DNA from: an uncultured Eubacteriales bacterium | GTDB taxonomy: Bacteria > Acidobacteriota > Aminicenantia > Aminicenantales > Saccharicenantaceae | DNA length: 64,000 nt | Assembly: GCA_964652895.1 (NCBI GenBank) | Contig: CAZZCH010000004.1 | Location: 5,809-69,808 of the forward strand | Reading direction: 5' to 3' | Part shown: piece by piece, positions 28,186 to 37,425 of the stretch | Numbering within the stretch: the first letter of the stretch is position 1 | Layout of the letters: the number at the start of each line of letters is the position of its first letter | The notes under the pieces: model-generated | What the model was told of the DNA's origin: nothing | What the model saw: only the letters and a program-made list of their open reading frames with translations | The model's database searches: none | Translations under genes and position numbers: made by a program

Positions 28186-28247
28186 TGTTTATAACATAAT
28201 CCTTCGGACTTGGACAGGGATCGGAGGGGCGGTGTCGCGGCCGGACT

Positions 28248-29240
28248 TCAACGCAGGACGAGCAGAAGAAAGAGGTTGGCGGCAAAGATCAGAATGATAC
28301 CGAACGAATCCCAGGCCCAAAGAAAGCGCTTTTTCTCGGCGTTGTAGATAAGCCCGGCGATGGCCAGTCCGGTCATGGCCATGGCCAGCAGCGAGGGAAT
28401 CAGGTGCTGGCTCTCGACGGATGACAAAATCGGCCCCTTGAAGTAGAAAAGATCCTCGACGGCCAGGATGAGGATATTGAAGATGTTGCTGCCGAAGATG
28501 TTGCCCACGGCCATGTCGACGGCGCCGATCCTCATCGCGGAGACGGACACAGCCAGCTCGGGGAAGGACGTGGAGATGGCGACGAAGATGTTGCCGACGA
28601 AGGTCTGGCCGAGGCCCGTCGTTTCGGCGATACGCTCGGCGATCGTCGGCAGGAAAAGGGCGGCGCCGACGACGACCCCCGCGTGAAGGGCGTAGCGGAT
28701 GACGGCCGTCCGTAATGTCATTCCGGGCGAGGCCCGTTCCTTGTCCCGTCCGGAGGCCGAAGATGAGCGCTTTTTCTCGAACTTGAAGACCATCCGCATC
28801 GTGCCCAGGTAGCCGACGATGAGCAGTGGAGTATAAACGCCCACCCAGCCCAGCCCGGGAAGCCGTGCGCCAAGGAAAAGGCTTAACGAGACTCCGCCGA
28901 GGAAAAGAATGGACATCCCCGCCGAAAGAACGTTCGCCTGGTTGATCTTGGACGATAGGGGCACTTTCTTCGACAGCGTATCGAGCAGCCCGAGGATGAA
29001 GACGTTGAAAACGCAGCTGCCGAGGATGTTCCCCGCGGCAATGTCGGGGAGGCCCGCTGAAACCGCGCTCAGCCCAGTGGCCAGCTCGGGAAGCGAAGTG
29101 ACGCCGGCCATGAGGACCATTCCCAGCCAGAGCCCGCTGAGGCCGGTCTTATCGGAAATGATGGTGCCGTAGCGGGTCAGCTTCGTTCCCGAGAAGAGAA
29201 TGAGGCCCGTGACCACGAGGAATTCGAGCCAGATCGTCAT
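28248..29240 (-). CDS. Ca2+/cation antiporter (CaCA, YrbG-like sodium/calcium exchanger family)
   Basis: 330 aa. Two alpha-repeat-like motifs (GTSLPELATG-type: VTSLPELATGL and STSFPELAVSV; GNILGSCVFN / GNIFGSNIFN). Confidence 0.85.
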   Translation of the reverse strand: MTIWLEFLVVTGLILFSGTKLTRYGTIISDKTGLSGLWLGMVLMAGVTSLPELATGLSAVSAGLPDIAAGNILGSCVFNVFILGLLDTLSKKVPLSSKINQANVLSAGMSILFLGGVSLSLFLGARLPGLGWVGVYTPLLIVGYLGTMRMVFKFEKKRSSSASGRDKERASPGMTLRTAVIRYALHAGVVVGAALFLPTIAERIAETTGLGQTFVGNIFVAISTSFPELAVSVSAMRIGAVDMAVGNIFGSNIFNILILAVEDLFYFKGPILSSVESQHLIPSLLAMAMTGLAIAGLIYNAEKKRFLWAWDSFGIILIFAANLFLLLVLR

Positions 29241-29283
29241 TCCTTGCTCCCCTCTCGAGCTTCAACAAACGATAAATAAGAAC

Positions 29284-29668
29284 GGCCGGAGCGGGACGTA
29301 AGCCGGATCCTGTTCCCGCGAAAAACGGGCGACGGTCATTTGACTAGGCCCCGGATTGCCCCGGGGCTCGAGCGGCCGACCCGCCCCCTGGGACGGGCAG
29401 TCCCAAAACGGGGCTCGTTTGGCCTTGCTCCGGATGGGGTTTGCCTTGCCCCCGTCATCGCTGACGGGGCGGTGAGCTCTTACCTCGCCATTTCACCCTT
29501 GCTCCCCGGGGAGGCTGCGCCTGCCCTGGAGGGCGGTGTGTTTTCTGTGGCACTTTCCCCCGGTCACCCGGGGTCGCGGTTAGCGACCATCCTGCCCTTC
29601 GGAGTCCGGACTTTCCTCCCCTCCTCCCTCTCGGGAAGGAGCGGCGACCGTCTCGCCCACTCCGGCCG
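29284..29668 (-). ncRNA. rnpB: RNase P RNA, bacterial type A
   Basis: The minus strand contains GGAGGGGAGGAAAGTCCGGACTCCGAAGGGCAGG, GTGCCACAGAAAACACACCGCC, GGGTGAAATGGCGAGGTAAGAGCTCACCGCC, CATCCGGAGCAAGGCCAAA and ACAGGATCCGGCTTA. These align block by block with E. coli M1 RNA. P1 pairs CCGGAGTGGGCG with CGTCCCGCTCCGG. The ends are good to about +/-5 nt. Confidence 0.9.
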
Positions 29669-31034
29669 TTATCTTTATACCGTATTGTTCGAGTTTTTTA
29701 TAGAGGTTCGACCGCGGCGTGTCGATCTCCCGGGCCGTCTGGGAGATGTTCCAGCCGTTGGCCTCGAGCTTAGCCAGGAGGAAATCCCGCTCGGCCAGGT
29801 CCCGGAATTCGCGGAGCGTCTTGATCCCGGCCGCCTCTGGCAGGGCCGCCTCCGGCTTCTCCCGCAGGGGTCCGGGCAGGTCCCTTCTCTCGATCGTGTC
29901 CCGGTCGGTCATGATCATCAGCCGCTCGACGATGTTCTTGAGCTCGCGGACGTTGCCTTTCCAGGCATAGCGGGACATGGCCTCGAGGGCTTCCGCCGAG
30001 AACTTCCGCGGCCGGAAATTATTTTCCTCGGCGAAGGTCCGGGAAAAATAGTCGATAAGCACCGGGATGTCCTCCGGCCTCTCCCGCAGAGGAGGCGAAT
30101 ACAGGGGGACGACGTTGAGCCGGAAAAAGAGGTCTTCCCGGAACCTCCCTTCCTGGATCTCCTTGCGGAGGTCCTTGTTGGTGGCGGCGATCACGCGAAC
30201 GTCGACCTTGGACATCCGGCTCGAGCCGACCTTTTGGACCTCGCCCTCTTCGAGGACACGGAGGACCTTGGACTGGGTCCGGAGACTCATATCGCCGATC
30301 TCGTCGAGAAAGATGGTGCCGCCGTCGGCCTGCTCGAACTTGCCCGTCTTTTTCTCCGTGGCCCCGGTGAAGGCCCCTTTCTCGTGGCCGAAGAGCTCGC
30401 TCTCGATGAGTTCCTCCGGTATGGCGGCGCAATTCACCTGAATGAAGGTTTCCCTGGCCCGCAGGCTGTGGGCGTGGATGGAACGGGCGATGAGTTCCTT
30501 GCCCGTCCCGCTTTCGCCGTAGATCAGGACCGTGGCGTTGGTCGGCGAGATCTTGAGGATCTCCTTCCAAAGCGTCTGGATGAGGGGGTGGTTGCCGATG
30601 ATCTCGTAGTGCTTCTCCGCCTTCTTCTTGAGGTCCTGGCACTCGCGAGCGAGGCTGGTCTGCTTGAGGGCGTTGCGGATGCTGAGGAGGACGCGCTCCC
30701 GGTGAAGCGGCTTTTCCAGGAAATCGAAAGCGCCCAGCTTGGTGGCTTCGACTGCCGCATGGATCGTGCCCTGCCCCGAGATCATGATGACGTCCGGGAC
30801 GAAGGGCCGCTGCTTGAGTTCGGCCAGGACCTCGAGGCCGCTCTTGCCCGGCATCTTGATATCGAGAAGGACGAGGTCGAGGCCGACGGTCTCACGAAGC
30901 GCTTCCAGGCCATCCTCGCCGTTCGCGGCTTCGAAGAATTCGTATCCCTCGTACTCGAGGATCATCCTCAGGGATTTACGGATGTTCTCCTCGTCGTCGA
31001 TGACGAGGATCCGGGCTTTTCTTTCGGGCTTCAT
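29580..31034 (-). CDS. sigma-54-dependent response regulator (NtrC family: receiver + AAA+ + Fis-type HTH)
   Basis: Receiver (ILVIDDEENI, LVLLDIKMPG), AAA+ domain (GESGTGKE, GAFTGA, FLDEIG), and C-terminal HTH (NISQTAREIDTPRSNLYKKL). Start taken at ATG 31034. The last ~30 codons run into rnpB. Confidence 0.9.
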   Translation of the reverse strand: MKPERKARILVIDDEENIRKSLRMILEYEGYEFFEAANGEDGLEALRETVGLDLVLLDIKMPGKSGLEVLAELKQRPFVPDVIMISGQGTIHAAVEATKLGAFDFLEKPLHRERVLLSIRNALKQTSLARECQDLKKKAEKHYEIIGNHPLIQTLWKEILKISPTNATVLIYGESGTGKELIARSIHAHSLRARETFIQVNCAAIPEELIESELFGHEKGAFTGATEKKTGKFEQADGGTIFLDEIGDMSLRTQSKVLRVLEEGEVQKVGSSRMSKVDVRVIAATNKDLRKEIQEGRFREDLFFRLNVVPLYSPPLRERPEDIPVLIDYFSRTFAEENNFRPRKFSAEALEAMSRYAWKGNVRELKNIVERLMIMTDRDTIERRDLPGPLREKPEAALPEAAGIKTLREFRDLAERDFLLAKLEANGWNISQTAREIDTPRSNLYKKLEQYGIKITAGVGETVAAPSREGGGEESPDSEGQDGR

Positions 31035-31192
31035 GATCCGGCATTCCTCTTGCTCCGATTCTAGCACAGTCTGCGGCCCGGGGCAAAAACGAAAAGGTCC
31101 GATCTCGCCGGCCTCCGGGACAAGGGGATAACGGAGGAAGAGCTCCGGACGACCCGGACAATGGCCTCAGCGGAATTCTTTGCTGACGATCC

Positions 31193-34100
31193 CTACTCCG
31201 CCATTTTCTTGTAGGATCCGAAGCGCTTTTTGGCCTCATCGGCGGCGCGTGCGAAGAGCTCTTTGGCGATCTCCGGGAACTGCTGAGTGAGCGTCCGGTA
31301 ACGGACTTCGTTCTTGAGAAAGGCGTCGTACTCGAGCTTGGGCTCGCGCGAGTCGAGTTGGAGCGGGTTCTTGCCTTCCTTGGCCAGGAGGGGGTTGAAA
31401 CGGTAGAGGAGCCAATAGCCCGTGTCAACGGCCAGCTTCTGTTCGGCCTGGGCCTTGCTCATGTCGATACCGTGGTTGATGCACGGTGAGTAGGCGATGA
31501 TGATCGACGGGCCGGGATAGGCCTCGGCCTCGAGGAAGGCCTTGAGGCACTGGTTCATGTTCGCGCCCATGGCCACGGACGCGACGTAGACGTAGCCGTA
31601 GGTCATGGCCATCCGGCCGAGATCTTTCTTCGCGGTCTTCTTGCCGGACGAGGCGAACTTGGCCACGGCGCCGGTCGGCGTGGCCTTGGAAGACTGGCCG
31701 CCGGTGTTGGAATAGACCTCGGTGTCGAGGACAAGGACGTTGATCTTGCGGTTCATGGCCAGGACGTGGTCGAGACCGCCGTAGCCGATATCATAGGCCC
31801 AGCCGTCGCCGCCGATGCACCAAACGCTCTTCTCGACCAGGAAGTCCTTGAGCTCCGAGATCTTGGCGAGGTGTGGCTTGGCCCCGTTGGCCTTGGCCAG
31901 CGCCGCCGGCAGGGCGGCCAGAACGGCCTTGGCCGCCGACTTGGCCTCCTCACCCGTCGATGTCCAGGCAACTTTCATCTTCGCCAAGGCGTCCATGAGC
32001 GCGGGCGTCGTGCCCGCCGCCTGGGCGGCGTCGATCGAAGCGGCCAGCGATTTCCGGTTGGCATCGACCGCCAGGCGCATGCCGAAGCCGTATTCGGCGT
32101 TGTCCTCGAAGAGCGAGTTGCCCCAAGCGGGACCCTTGCCCTCGGCCGTCATGCAATAGGGGGAGGTCGGGAACGTGCCGCCGTAGATCGACGAGCAACC
32201 CGTGGCGTTGGCGATGATCATCCGGTCGCCGTAGAGCTGGGTGACCAGCTTGACGTAGGGCGTCTCCCCGCAGCCGGCGCAGGCGCCGCTGAACTCGAAA
32301 AGCGGCCGCAGGAACTGGCTGCCCTTGAGCGAGTCCGGCCTGATGCCGTCGACGACGTTGTCGGGGAGTTTGTCGAAGAATTCGGCCTTCTGGGTCTCGC
32401 CCACGGCTCGAAGCTCCGCGATCGGGGTCATGACCAGGGCCTTGTTCTTGGCGGGGCAGACCTCCGCGCATGAACCGCAACCGACACAATCCTCCACGTA
32501 GCACTGGACGCGGTACTGGAGGCCCCTGTCGTTCTTGGTGTTGGATTTGAGGACCGCGAAACCCGCGGGAGCGCCGGTGAGGTCGGCCGGGGCGATCTGC
32601 TTGGCCCGGATGGAGGCGTGGGGGCAGACGAAGGAGCACTGGTTGCACTGCATGCAGTTCTCGGGGATCCACTTCGGGCATTCGACGGCGATGCCGCGCT
32701 TCTCGAGCCGCGTGGTACCCGTCGGCACGGCGCCGTCGAGGGGCATCTTGGAGACGGGCAGGAAGTCGCCCTTGAACCGGGTGACGGGGTCGATGACCTC
32801 CTTGGCGTACGCGTCGGCGTCGTCGGGAACGATCTTCACGACAGGCGCGGACTTGGTGATCTGGGCCGGTATGGGGACCGCTTCCAGGGCCGCCGCGGAC
32901 CGGTCGACGGCGTCCCAGTTCATCTGGACGACCTCTTCCCCCTTGCGGCCATAGGTCTTTTCGATGGCCTTCTTGATGAGGAAGATGGCCTCGGCCTCGG
33001 GGAGGACGCCGGAAAGCTTGAAGAAGCAGGCCTGCATGATCGAGTTGATGCGCAGGCCCAGCCCGAGCTCGCCGGCGATCTTCAGGGCGTCGATGTTATA
33101 GACCTTGACTTTCTTGGCGATGATCGTCTTCTGCATATCCTCGGTCAGGTTCTCGAAGACTTCGTCGGCCTTCCAGTTGGAATTGATGAGGAACGTCCCG
33201 CCCTCGCGGATGCCCTCGAGGATGTCCAAGCGACCGATATAAGAAGGCTTGTGGAGGGCGACGAAATCGACCGTGTTGAGGAAGTACTGGGATTGGATGG
33301 GGCTCTTCCCGAAGCGGAGATGGGAAATGGTGATGCCGCCGGACTTCTTCGAGTCGTACTGGAAATAGCCCTGGCCGAACATTTCCGTGTGGTCGGCGAT
33401 GATCTTGATCGAGTTCTTATTGGCGCCGACCGTCCCGTCCGAGCCGTACCCGTAAAACTTGCAGCGGACCGTGCCGGGAAGCTCGGTGTCGAGTGCCGGG
33501 CCGACGGGGATCGACGTGTGGGTGACATCGTCCGTGATGCCCACTGTGAAGCCGTTCGTCGCCTTTCCGTCGAGATGGTCGTAGACCGCCTTGACCATGC
33601 TGGGCGTGAACTCCTTGGACGAGAGGCCGTAGCGCCCGCCGATCGTCTTGACGGGGCGACCGGCCAGAGTCAGGGCGACGTCGAGGTAGAGCGGCTCGCC
33701 GATCGAGCCGGGTTCCTTGGTGCGGTCGAGGACGGCGATCTTTTTCGCCGAAGCCGGGATGGCCGCCAGGAGGGCGGCCGCGTCGAAGGGCCGATACAGC
33801 CGGACCTTGACCAGGCCCAGCTTGGCCCCGTGACCATTCAGGTAGTTGATCGTCTCCTCGGCCGTTTCCGCTCCAGAACCCATCATGACGATGACCTTTT
33901 CGGCGTCGGGAGCGCCGAAGTAATCGAAAAGATGGTATTGGCGGCCGATGACCTTGGCCACCTTGTCCATGTACTGCTGGACGATGCCCGGGCATTCGGC
34001 GTAATACTTGTTGACGGTCTCCCGGCCCTGAAAGTAAACATCGGGGTTCTGCTGGCCGACCTTGAGCATGGGCCGTTCGGGGTTGAGGGAACGTTTCCGG

Positions 34101-34708
34101 AAGGCCTCGAGGTATTGGGGCTCGAAGAGCCCGGCCAGCGTCTCGTAGGAGACGACGTCCACCTTCTCGACAACGTTGGAGGTCCGGAAGCCGTCGAAGA
34201 AGTGGAGGAAAGGGATCTGGCTCCGCAGGGTCGCCAGGTGGGCGACGATGGCCAGGTCCTGGGCTTCCTGGACGGACCCGCCGCAGATCATGGCGAAGCC
34301 CGTGTTGCGAGCGGCCATGACGTCGCTGTGGTCGCCGAAGATGGAGAGGGCCTGGCAGGCCAGCGACCGGGCCGAAACAAGGAAGACCGTCGGCAGCATC
34401 TCGCCGGCGATCTTGTGCATATTGGGGAGCATGAGCATCAGGCCCTGGGAGGCCGTAAAGGTCGTCGTCAGGGCACCGGCCGAGAGCGCCCCGTGGACCG
34501 CGCCGGAGGCGCCGCCCTCGGACTGCATCTCGGTGACGTCTACCCGCTGACCGAAGATATTCTTCCGGCCCTGGGAGGACCATTCGTCGGCCAGCTCACC
34601 CATCGTCGAAGACGGTGTGATCGGGTAGATGGCCGCGACCTCGGAATACGCGTAGCTGACGTGGGTCGCCGCCGTATTTCCATCGATCGTCTGCATATCT
34701 TTTTTCAT
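31193..34708 (-). CDS. nifJ: pyruvate:ferredoxin (flavodoxin) oxidoreductase, single-polypeptide type
   Basis: 1171 aa. N-terminus TIDGNTAATHVSYAYSEVAAIYPITPSS, two 4Fe-4S ferredoxin motifs (CMQCNQCSFVCP, CVGCGSCAEVCP), TPP-binding GGDGWAYDIG. Confidence 0.95.
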   Translation of the reverse strand: MKKDMQTIDGNTAATHVSYAYSEVAAIYPITPSSTMGELADEWSSQGRKNIFGQRVDVTEMQSEGGASGAVHGALSAGALTTTFTASQGLMLMLPNMHKIAGEMLPTVFLVSARSLACQALSIFGDHSDVMAARNTGFAMICGGSVQEAQDLAIVAHLATLRSQIPFLHFFDGFRTSNVVEKVDVVSYETLAGLFEPQYLEAFRKRSLNPERPMLKVGQQNPDVYFQGRETVNKYYAECPGIVQQYMDKVAKVIGRQYHLFDYFGAPDAEKVIVMMGSGAETAEETINYLNGHGAKLGLVKVRLYRPFDAAALLAAIPASAKKIAVLDRTKEPGSIGEPLYLDVALTLAGRPVKTIGGRYGLSSKEFTPSMVKAVYDHLDGKATNGFTVGITDDVTHTSIPVGPALDTELPGTVRCKFYGYGSDGTVGANKNSIKIIADHTEMFGQGYFQYDSKKSGGITISHLRFGKSPIQSQYFLNTVDFVALHKPSYIGRLDILEGIREGGTFLINSNWKADEVFENLTEDMQKTIIAKKVKVYNIDALKIAGELGLGLRINSIMQACFFKLSGVLPEAEAIFLIKKAIEKTYGRKGEEVVQMNWDAVDRSAAALEAVPIPAQITKSAPVVKIVPDDADAYAKEVIDPVTRFKGDFLPVSKMPLDGAVPTGTTRLEKRGIAVECPKWIPENCMQCNQCSFVCPHASIRAKQIAPADLTGAPAGFAVLKSNTKNDRGLQYRVQCYVEDCVGCGSCAEVCPAKNKALVMTPIAELRAVGETQKAEFFDKLPDNVVDGIRPDSLKGSQFLRPLFEFSGACAGCGETPYVKLVTQLYGDRMIIANATGCSSIYGGTFPTSPYCMTAEGKGPAWGNSLFEDNAEYGFGMRLAVDANRKSLAASIDAAQAAGTTPALMDALAKMKVAWTSTGEEAKSAAKAVLAALPAALAKANGAKPHLAKISELKDFLVEKSVWCIGGDGWAYDIGYGGLDHVLAMNRKINVLVLDTEVYSNTGGQSSKATPTGAVAKFASSGKKTAKKDLGRMAMTYGYVYVASVAMGANMNQCLKAFLEAEAYPGPSIIIAYSPCINHGIDMSKAQAEQKLAVDTGYWLLYRFNPLLAKEGKNPLQLDSREPKLEYDAFLKNEVRYRTLTQQFPEIAKELFARAADEAKKRFGSYKKMAE

Positions 34709-34754
34709 TTCGAACTCCTTCGTTATGATCGAACGCCGTTCGCGGCGTGCCGTG

Positions 34755-35360
34755 TCAATCCTTGAGCTCCGTTCGTCCTTCCAGGGCTCTCTTGATGGTC
34801 ACCTGGTCGGCGAAATCGAGGTCCGAGCCGACCGGAAGGCCCATGGCCAACCGGGTGATCCGGATGCCGAACGCTTTGAGCACCCGATGAAGATAGAGCG
34901 CCGTGGCCTCCCCTTCCACCGTCGGGTTGGTGGCGACGATGATCTCCTTGAAGGTCCCCGTTTCGATCCTCTTGACGAGTTTTCCCAGCCGGAGCTCGTC
35001 GGGCCCGCGGCCCTTGAGAGGCGAGAGGGCGCCAAGGAGGACATGGTATCGTCCGCTGTAGATGCCCGTCTTCTCGATCGAGGAGATGTTGAACGGTTCC
35101 TCGACGATACATAGGGACTCGTCGGACCGCTGGGGGTCTGAACATATCAGGCAGGGGTCGACATGGGTGATGTTGTTGCATCGACCGCAGTAGAAGATCT
35201 TCCTCTTGGCCTCCCGGATGGCCTCGGCCAGCCGGTCGGCGTCTTCGGTCGGGAGCCCGAGGAAATAAAAGGCGATGCGCTGGGCCGTCTTGGCCCCGAT
35301 GCCCGGGATCCGCCGCAGCTCCTCGATGAGCTCGTGCAGGGGCTGGGCGTATTCGAACAT
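34755..35360 (-). CDS. recR: recombination protein RecR
   Basis: LIEELRRIPGIGAKTAQRIAF, a C4 zinc finger (CGRCNNIT...CLIC) and a Toprim region. Confidence 0.95.
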   Translation of the reverse strand: MFEYAQPLHELIEELRRIPGIGAKTAQRIAFYFLGLPTEDADRLAEAIREAKRKIFYCGRCNNITHVDPCLICSDPQRSDESLCIVEEPFNISSIEKTGIYSGRYHVLLGALSPLKGRGPDELRLGKLVKRIETGTFKEIIVATNPTVEGEATALYLHRVLKAFGIRITRLAMGLPVGSDLDFADQVTIKRALEGRTELKD

Positions 35361-35671
35361 CAGAACAACCCCGGGATCTTGAGGCCGCCGCCGAGGCCGC
35401 CCAGCTTCTGGGCCATCGCCTCGTCGACCTTGGCCGCCGCGTCGTTGAAGGCGGCCACGATCAGGTCCTGGAGCATCTCGACCTCGTTCTTGTCGGCGAC
35501 CTCCGGTTCGATGCGGATGGACAGTAGGGCCTTGTGGCCGTCGAGGACCAGGCTGACCATGCCGCCGCCGCTCGACCCGTCGACGCGCAGGGCCGCGAGC
35601 TCCTGCTGGAGCCGGTCCTGCATCTCCTTGGCCGCTTTCATCATTTTCTGGAGGTCCATGACGTTTTTCAT
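35360..35671 (-). CDS. ybaB: YbaB/EbfC nucleoid-associated protein
   Basis: 103 aa, MQDRLQQELAAL...GGGMV pattern. Conserved dnaX-ybaB-recR gene order. Confidence 0.9.
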   Translation of the reverse strand: MKNVMDLQKMMKAAKEMQDRLQQELAALRVDGSSGGGMVSLVLDGHKALLSIRIEPEVADKNEVEMLQDLIVAAFNDAAAKVDEAMAQKLGGLGGGLKIPGLF

Positions 35672-37389
35672 GTCTCGTTCTCCGTTGGACCGGGCCCCTT
35701 GGCCGGCTTGTCCCGCGCCGCCGGAATGGGGTCCGCCGAGAGGACCGAAGCCTTGAACGTGTTCATGAAGTACTGCACGGCCGGGTCCTTGAGGGCCGCC
35801 TCGAGTTCCCGGCCCGGACGGATGGGGCCGCCGTCGGTGGCGTTCTCCTCGGCGAATCGGACCTTTGTTTCACGGCCCAGCACTTCGGAGGCCGCCCGCT
35901 CGACCGCCCGGATGTCCTTCTCCTGGATGCTCGTGACGAAAAAGCCCCGGCCGCTGGCGAAAAAGACTTCGAGGATATTGTCCTTGAACATGATCGACGA
36001 ATACTGGGCCAGGAGGGCGGCCAGCGGGGCCCTGTCCGTAGCCAGTTTTTCGAGGACACGCTTGAAGACGTCTTTCTGGGCCGGAGGAGGGGCCGGAGCG
36101 GTCGAAGAGGGAGTGCGCGGGGGCGCTCCGGCCGGGGCGGGACGGGACGTCCCGCCGGCGGAGGTCGTGCCCGCCGTCGAATACCCTGGGGGCTTGGGCA
36201 GGGTCCGCGGAGACTCCTTCTTGAGCGATTCCACGTCGCGGATGAGCTGCTGGAGAGGCACGATCTTGCGAAAGTGGCACAGTTTTATGAGGAAGGCTTC
36301 GAGGTAGATCCGGGGCATGGCCGAGTATTTCAAGCCGGCCTCGGCCTGCTGAAGGGCGAGGAGGTAACGGAGAAGGTCCTCGGCCGTGGCCTTCGAGGCC
36401 TGAGCCCGGAGGGCCTGGAGTTCTTCCGCGCTCGCGAGGAGCAGGTCCTCCGGCTTTTCGACGGAACGGACGAGGAGGAGGGCCCGAAAATGCTCGATGA
36501 ACTTGCCGTAGACAAAACGAAGGTCGTAGCCGGCGGCAGTAACGCTTTCGACCAGGGGGAATACGTCTTCGGGCTTTTCCTCGAGGACGGCCGTCGAGAA
36601 CCGGAACACAACGTCCGGACCGATCGCCCCGAGGATCGTCTTGAGGTCCTCGTCGCTGATGTTCTCGCCGCTGAAAGCCACGGCCTGGTCAAGCAGGCTC
36701 TGGGCGTCCCGCATGCTGCCGTCGGCGGCTTCGGCGATCATGGCCAGCCCGATGGGGGTGATGGTGATCGCCTCTCTCCTGGCGATCTCCACGAGGTGGT
36801 TGATGATGTCCTTGTGGGAGATCTTGCGGAACTCGAAATGCTGGCACCGCGAAACGATCGTCGCCGGGACCTTGTTGAACTCCGTCGTCGCGAATATGAA
36901 GACCGTGTTCGGCGGCGGTTCTTCGAGGGTCTTGAGAAGGGCGTTGAAGCCTTCCTTGGTAATCTGGTGGACCTCGTCGATGATGACGACCTTGTAGCGG
37001 GTGTAGAGCGCCTTGTACTTCAGCGACTCGCGAAGGGCCCGGATCTCGTCGATGCCCCGGTTGGAAGCGCCGTCGATCTCCAAAACGTCGATGGCCCTGT
37101 CCTCGCTGATGGCCGCGCAATAGTCGCAGGGCTTGGTCTTGTCGTCCGCGCCGTCCTTGTCCTCGATCCTGCAGGGGGTCGCCGTCGGACCGTTGGCGCA
37201 GTTCAGGGCCCTGGCCAGGATACGGGCAACAGAGGTCTTACCCGTCCCCCTCATCCCCGAGAAGAGATAGGCCTGGGAGATCCGGCCCATCTGGATGGCG
37301 TTCTGGATCGTCCGGACGACGGACTTCTGGCCTATGACCTCTTCGAAGGCCTGCGGCCTGTATTTCCGGGCGAATATCTTGTAGGACAT
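35668..37389 (-). CDS. dnaX: DNA polymerase III subunit gamma/tau
   Basis: YRPQAFEEVIGQ, GTGKTS Walker A, IIDEVH box. Confidence 0.95.
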   Translation of the reverse strand: MSYKIFARKYRPQAFEEVIGQKSVVRTIQNAIQMGRISQAYLFSGMRGTGKTSVARILARALNCANGPTATPCRIEDKDGADDKTKPCDYCAAISEDRAIDVLEIDGASNRGIDEIRALRESLKYKALYTRYKVVIIDEVHQITKEGFNALLKTLEEPPPNTVFIFATTEFNKVPATIVSRCQHFEFRKISHKDIINHLVEIARREAITITPIGLAMIAEAADGSMRDAQSLLDQAVAFSGENISDEDLKTILGAIGPDVVFRFSTAVLEEKPEDVFPLVESVTAAGYDLRFVYGKFIEHFRALLLVRSVEKPEDLLLASAEELQALRAQASKATAEDLLRYLLALQQAEAGLKYSAMPRIYLEAFLIKLCHFRKIVPLQQLIRDVESLKKESPRTLPKPPGYSTAGTTSAGGTSRPAPAGAPPRTPSSTAPAPPPAQKDVFKRVLEKLATDRAPLAALLAQYSSIMFKDNILEVFFASGRGFFVTSIQEKDIRAVERAASEVLGRETKVRFAEENATDGGPIRPGRELEAALKDPAVQYFMNTFKASVLSADPIPAARDKPAKGPGPTENET

Positions 37390-37425
37390 GGATTTCGGCC
37401 GTTCTAAGACGGAAGGGAAAACCGG

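Noticed and set aside
29340-31064. 574-aa plus-strand ORF
   Set aside because: It lies antisense to the well-supported NtrC-type regulator and to rnpB. Its translation is low-complexity (Pro/Gly/Arg/Leu-rich) with no family resemblance, a typical GC-rich shadow ORF.
31068-34754. Sigma-54 (-24/-12) promoters near PFOR and the regulator
   Set aside because: CGGCACG at about 34745 lacks a TTGC at the required 10-nt GG-to-GC spacing. TGGCCT...TTTGCT near 31170 has the wrong spacing. Neither is acceptable by eye.
32618-34765. 715-aa plus-strand ORF (plus 31766..32473 and others)
   Set aside because: It is antisense to the 1171-aa PFOR gene, whose identity is unambiguous. The composition is Asp/Gly/Arg/Leu-biased, as expected for a shadow frame.
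35668-37389. Programmed -1 frameshift site (A AAA AAG) in dnaX producing a gamma subunit
   Set aside because: I did not see the heptamer on the coding strand by eye. This cannot be excluded without a proper pattern search.
37390-37425. SRP RNA (ffs) upstream of dnaX, as in many bacteria
   Set aside because: The spacer is short and AT-rich, and it lacks the conserved SRP domain IV motifs.
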